Position numbers and translations under genes: made by a program. A stretch of 64,000 nucleotides of DNA from positions 87,854,001-87,918,000 of the forward strand of contig NC_043002.1 in NCBI RefSeq assembly GCF_006345805.1, read 5' to 3'. Source of the DNA: Octopus sinensis. Its lineage: Eukaryota. Each line of letters opens with the position of its first letter. Within the stretch, counting starts at the first letter, position 1. A model generated the notes under the pieces. The model searched no databases, was not told where the DNA came from, and saw only the letters and a list, made by a program, of their open reading frames with translations. Below, piece after piece: positions 62,896-64,000 of this stretch.

Positions 62896-63549
62896 GTATA
62901 AATATACGTGTGTTTGTGTGAGTTTAATAACTCAATGTCTAAAAATAAAAGTATTTAAATTGATCTCAGCTTTCTGTCCGTCAGTGTTATATCTATTTGA
63001 AGCAGTTTTGCTTTGGTCAGAATGATTTTAATATCAATGCAAATTGCAATTACATCGAAAGACATCTAACTACAAAGCGTGAATGTGGTCGTATTCGCAT
63101 ATGTGCGTACACAGAGAAGAAATATTTCTACGAAGTCTCATGTACGGGTAAGTAAATTTATTTCAGAGGTTTTGACCTTTTAGTGATATTCTATTTCAAA
63201 CAAAGATTCTAATCATCTTATTGAAATGTCAGGGTGGGCTTTGTTAAATGTTGAAAGATTTGGCAATAATGGATATTTGCTGACTTTGGGAATATTTTTG
63301 GATAAGCTTGGCATGATGGTTCTGCTAATTTTATTCATTTTCAGCGGAGAATTCGGTGCTAATGTATTTGCTTAATTTAGATATGACATTTTTAAAAAAT
63401 TTCTTTTTGAACTCTTGTATTCGACCAAACAAGTCAGTAACTGCAGATGGTGGTAAAAATGTTGGAGAGACTGCGTGTAATAAAAGTGTATGAAAGTTTG
63501 GGATGGGTGTGAGAGTAATATATATTTAATTATTTCAAAATTTAAGATA

Positions 63550-63705
63550 GGTGGGGGACTGGCAAAATAGTTATCGCGCCGGACAAAATGCTTAGCAACA
63601 TCTCTTCCGGCTTTCCATTCTGAGTTCAAATGCCACCGAGGTTGATTTTTGCCTTCCGTTCTTTCGGGATCGATGAAATAAGTGTTAGTCAAGCACAAGG
63701 GTAGA
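63550..63705 (+). mobile_element. SINE family A (diverged)
   Basis: ttctgagttcaaatgccaccgaggttgatttttgccttcc. Confidence 0.75.
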
Positions 63706-63707
63706 TG

Positions 63708-64000
63708 TACCGTAAATCCTCGAATATAATCCGCATTTTTTTCCAAAAATTTAACGGTCAAAATCGCTAGTGCGTACTATATACGAGGTTACAAATAAAA
63801 AATATTTTCTAAGCAATGTCCGAGTCTCTATTTGCTGTCCAGCAATGTTTATTCAGACGCATTTTGTGATGTCGGGCGCGAAAATACCTTAAGTTAAGCC
63901 TGAAAGCAATGAAGTCATAAAAAAATCATCCGTAACTTGCAGTAAGCAACATTTATTAAACGTTATTACTATTATTACTGTTATTTATTTATTTTCTGCA
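63708..64000. mobile_element. pogo/Tigger-like DNA transposon end (truncated by window)
   Basis: TA followed by ccgtaaatcctcgaatataa and a subterminal inverted tatatacgagg. Confidence 0.6.

Overview
This is AT-rich, microsatellite-saturated animal DNA. It is most likely an octopus-type cephalopod intron or intergenic region, inferred from the SINE families and repeat texture. No intact host gene is recognisable; there are two candidate exons. Most ORF-track entries are microsatellite artefacts. The window holds several tRNA-derived SINE families, decayed Tc1/mariner, hAT, Mutator-like and Helitron elements, Tx1/L1-, R4- and HERO-like LINE fragments, and Penelope-like elements (PLEs). The main result is at least six sequence-distinct families of short non-coding elements carrying type I hammerhead ribozyme (HHR) folds, nearly all next to (TA)n tracts. 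These are: a ~490-bp tandem array with 7 HHR copies and an internal inversion; a diverged sister family whose stems covary; a circularly permuted 468-bp monomer; a tRNA-SINE/HHR fusion; foldback copies; and pLTR-type HHRs still attached to GIY-YIG-coding PLE fragments. Together they look like a retrozyme/non-autonomous PLE system. Folds were derived by eye, activity is untested, and many boundaries are approximate.
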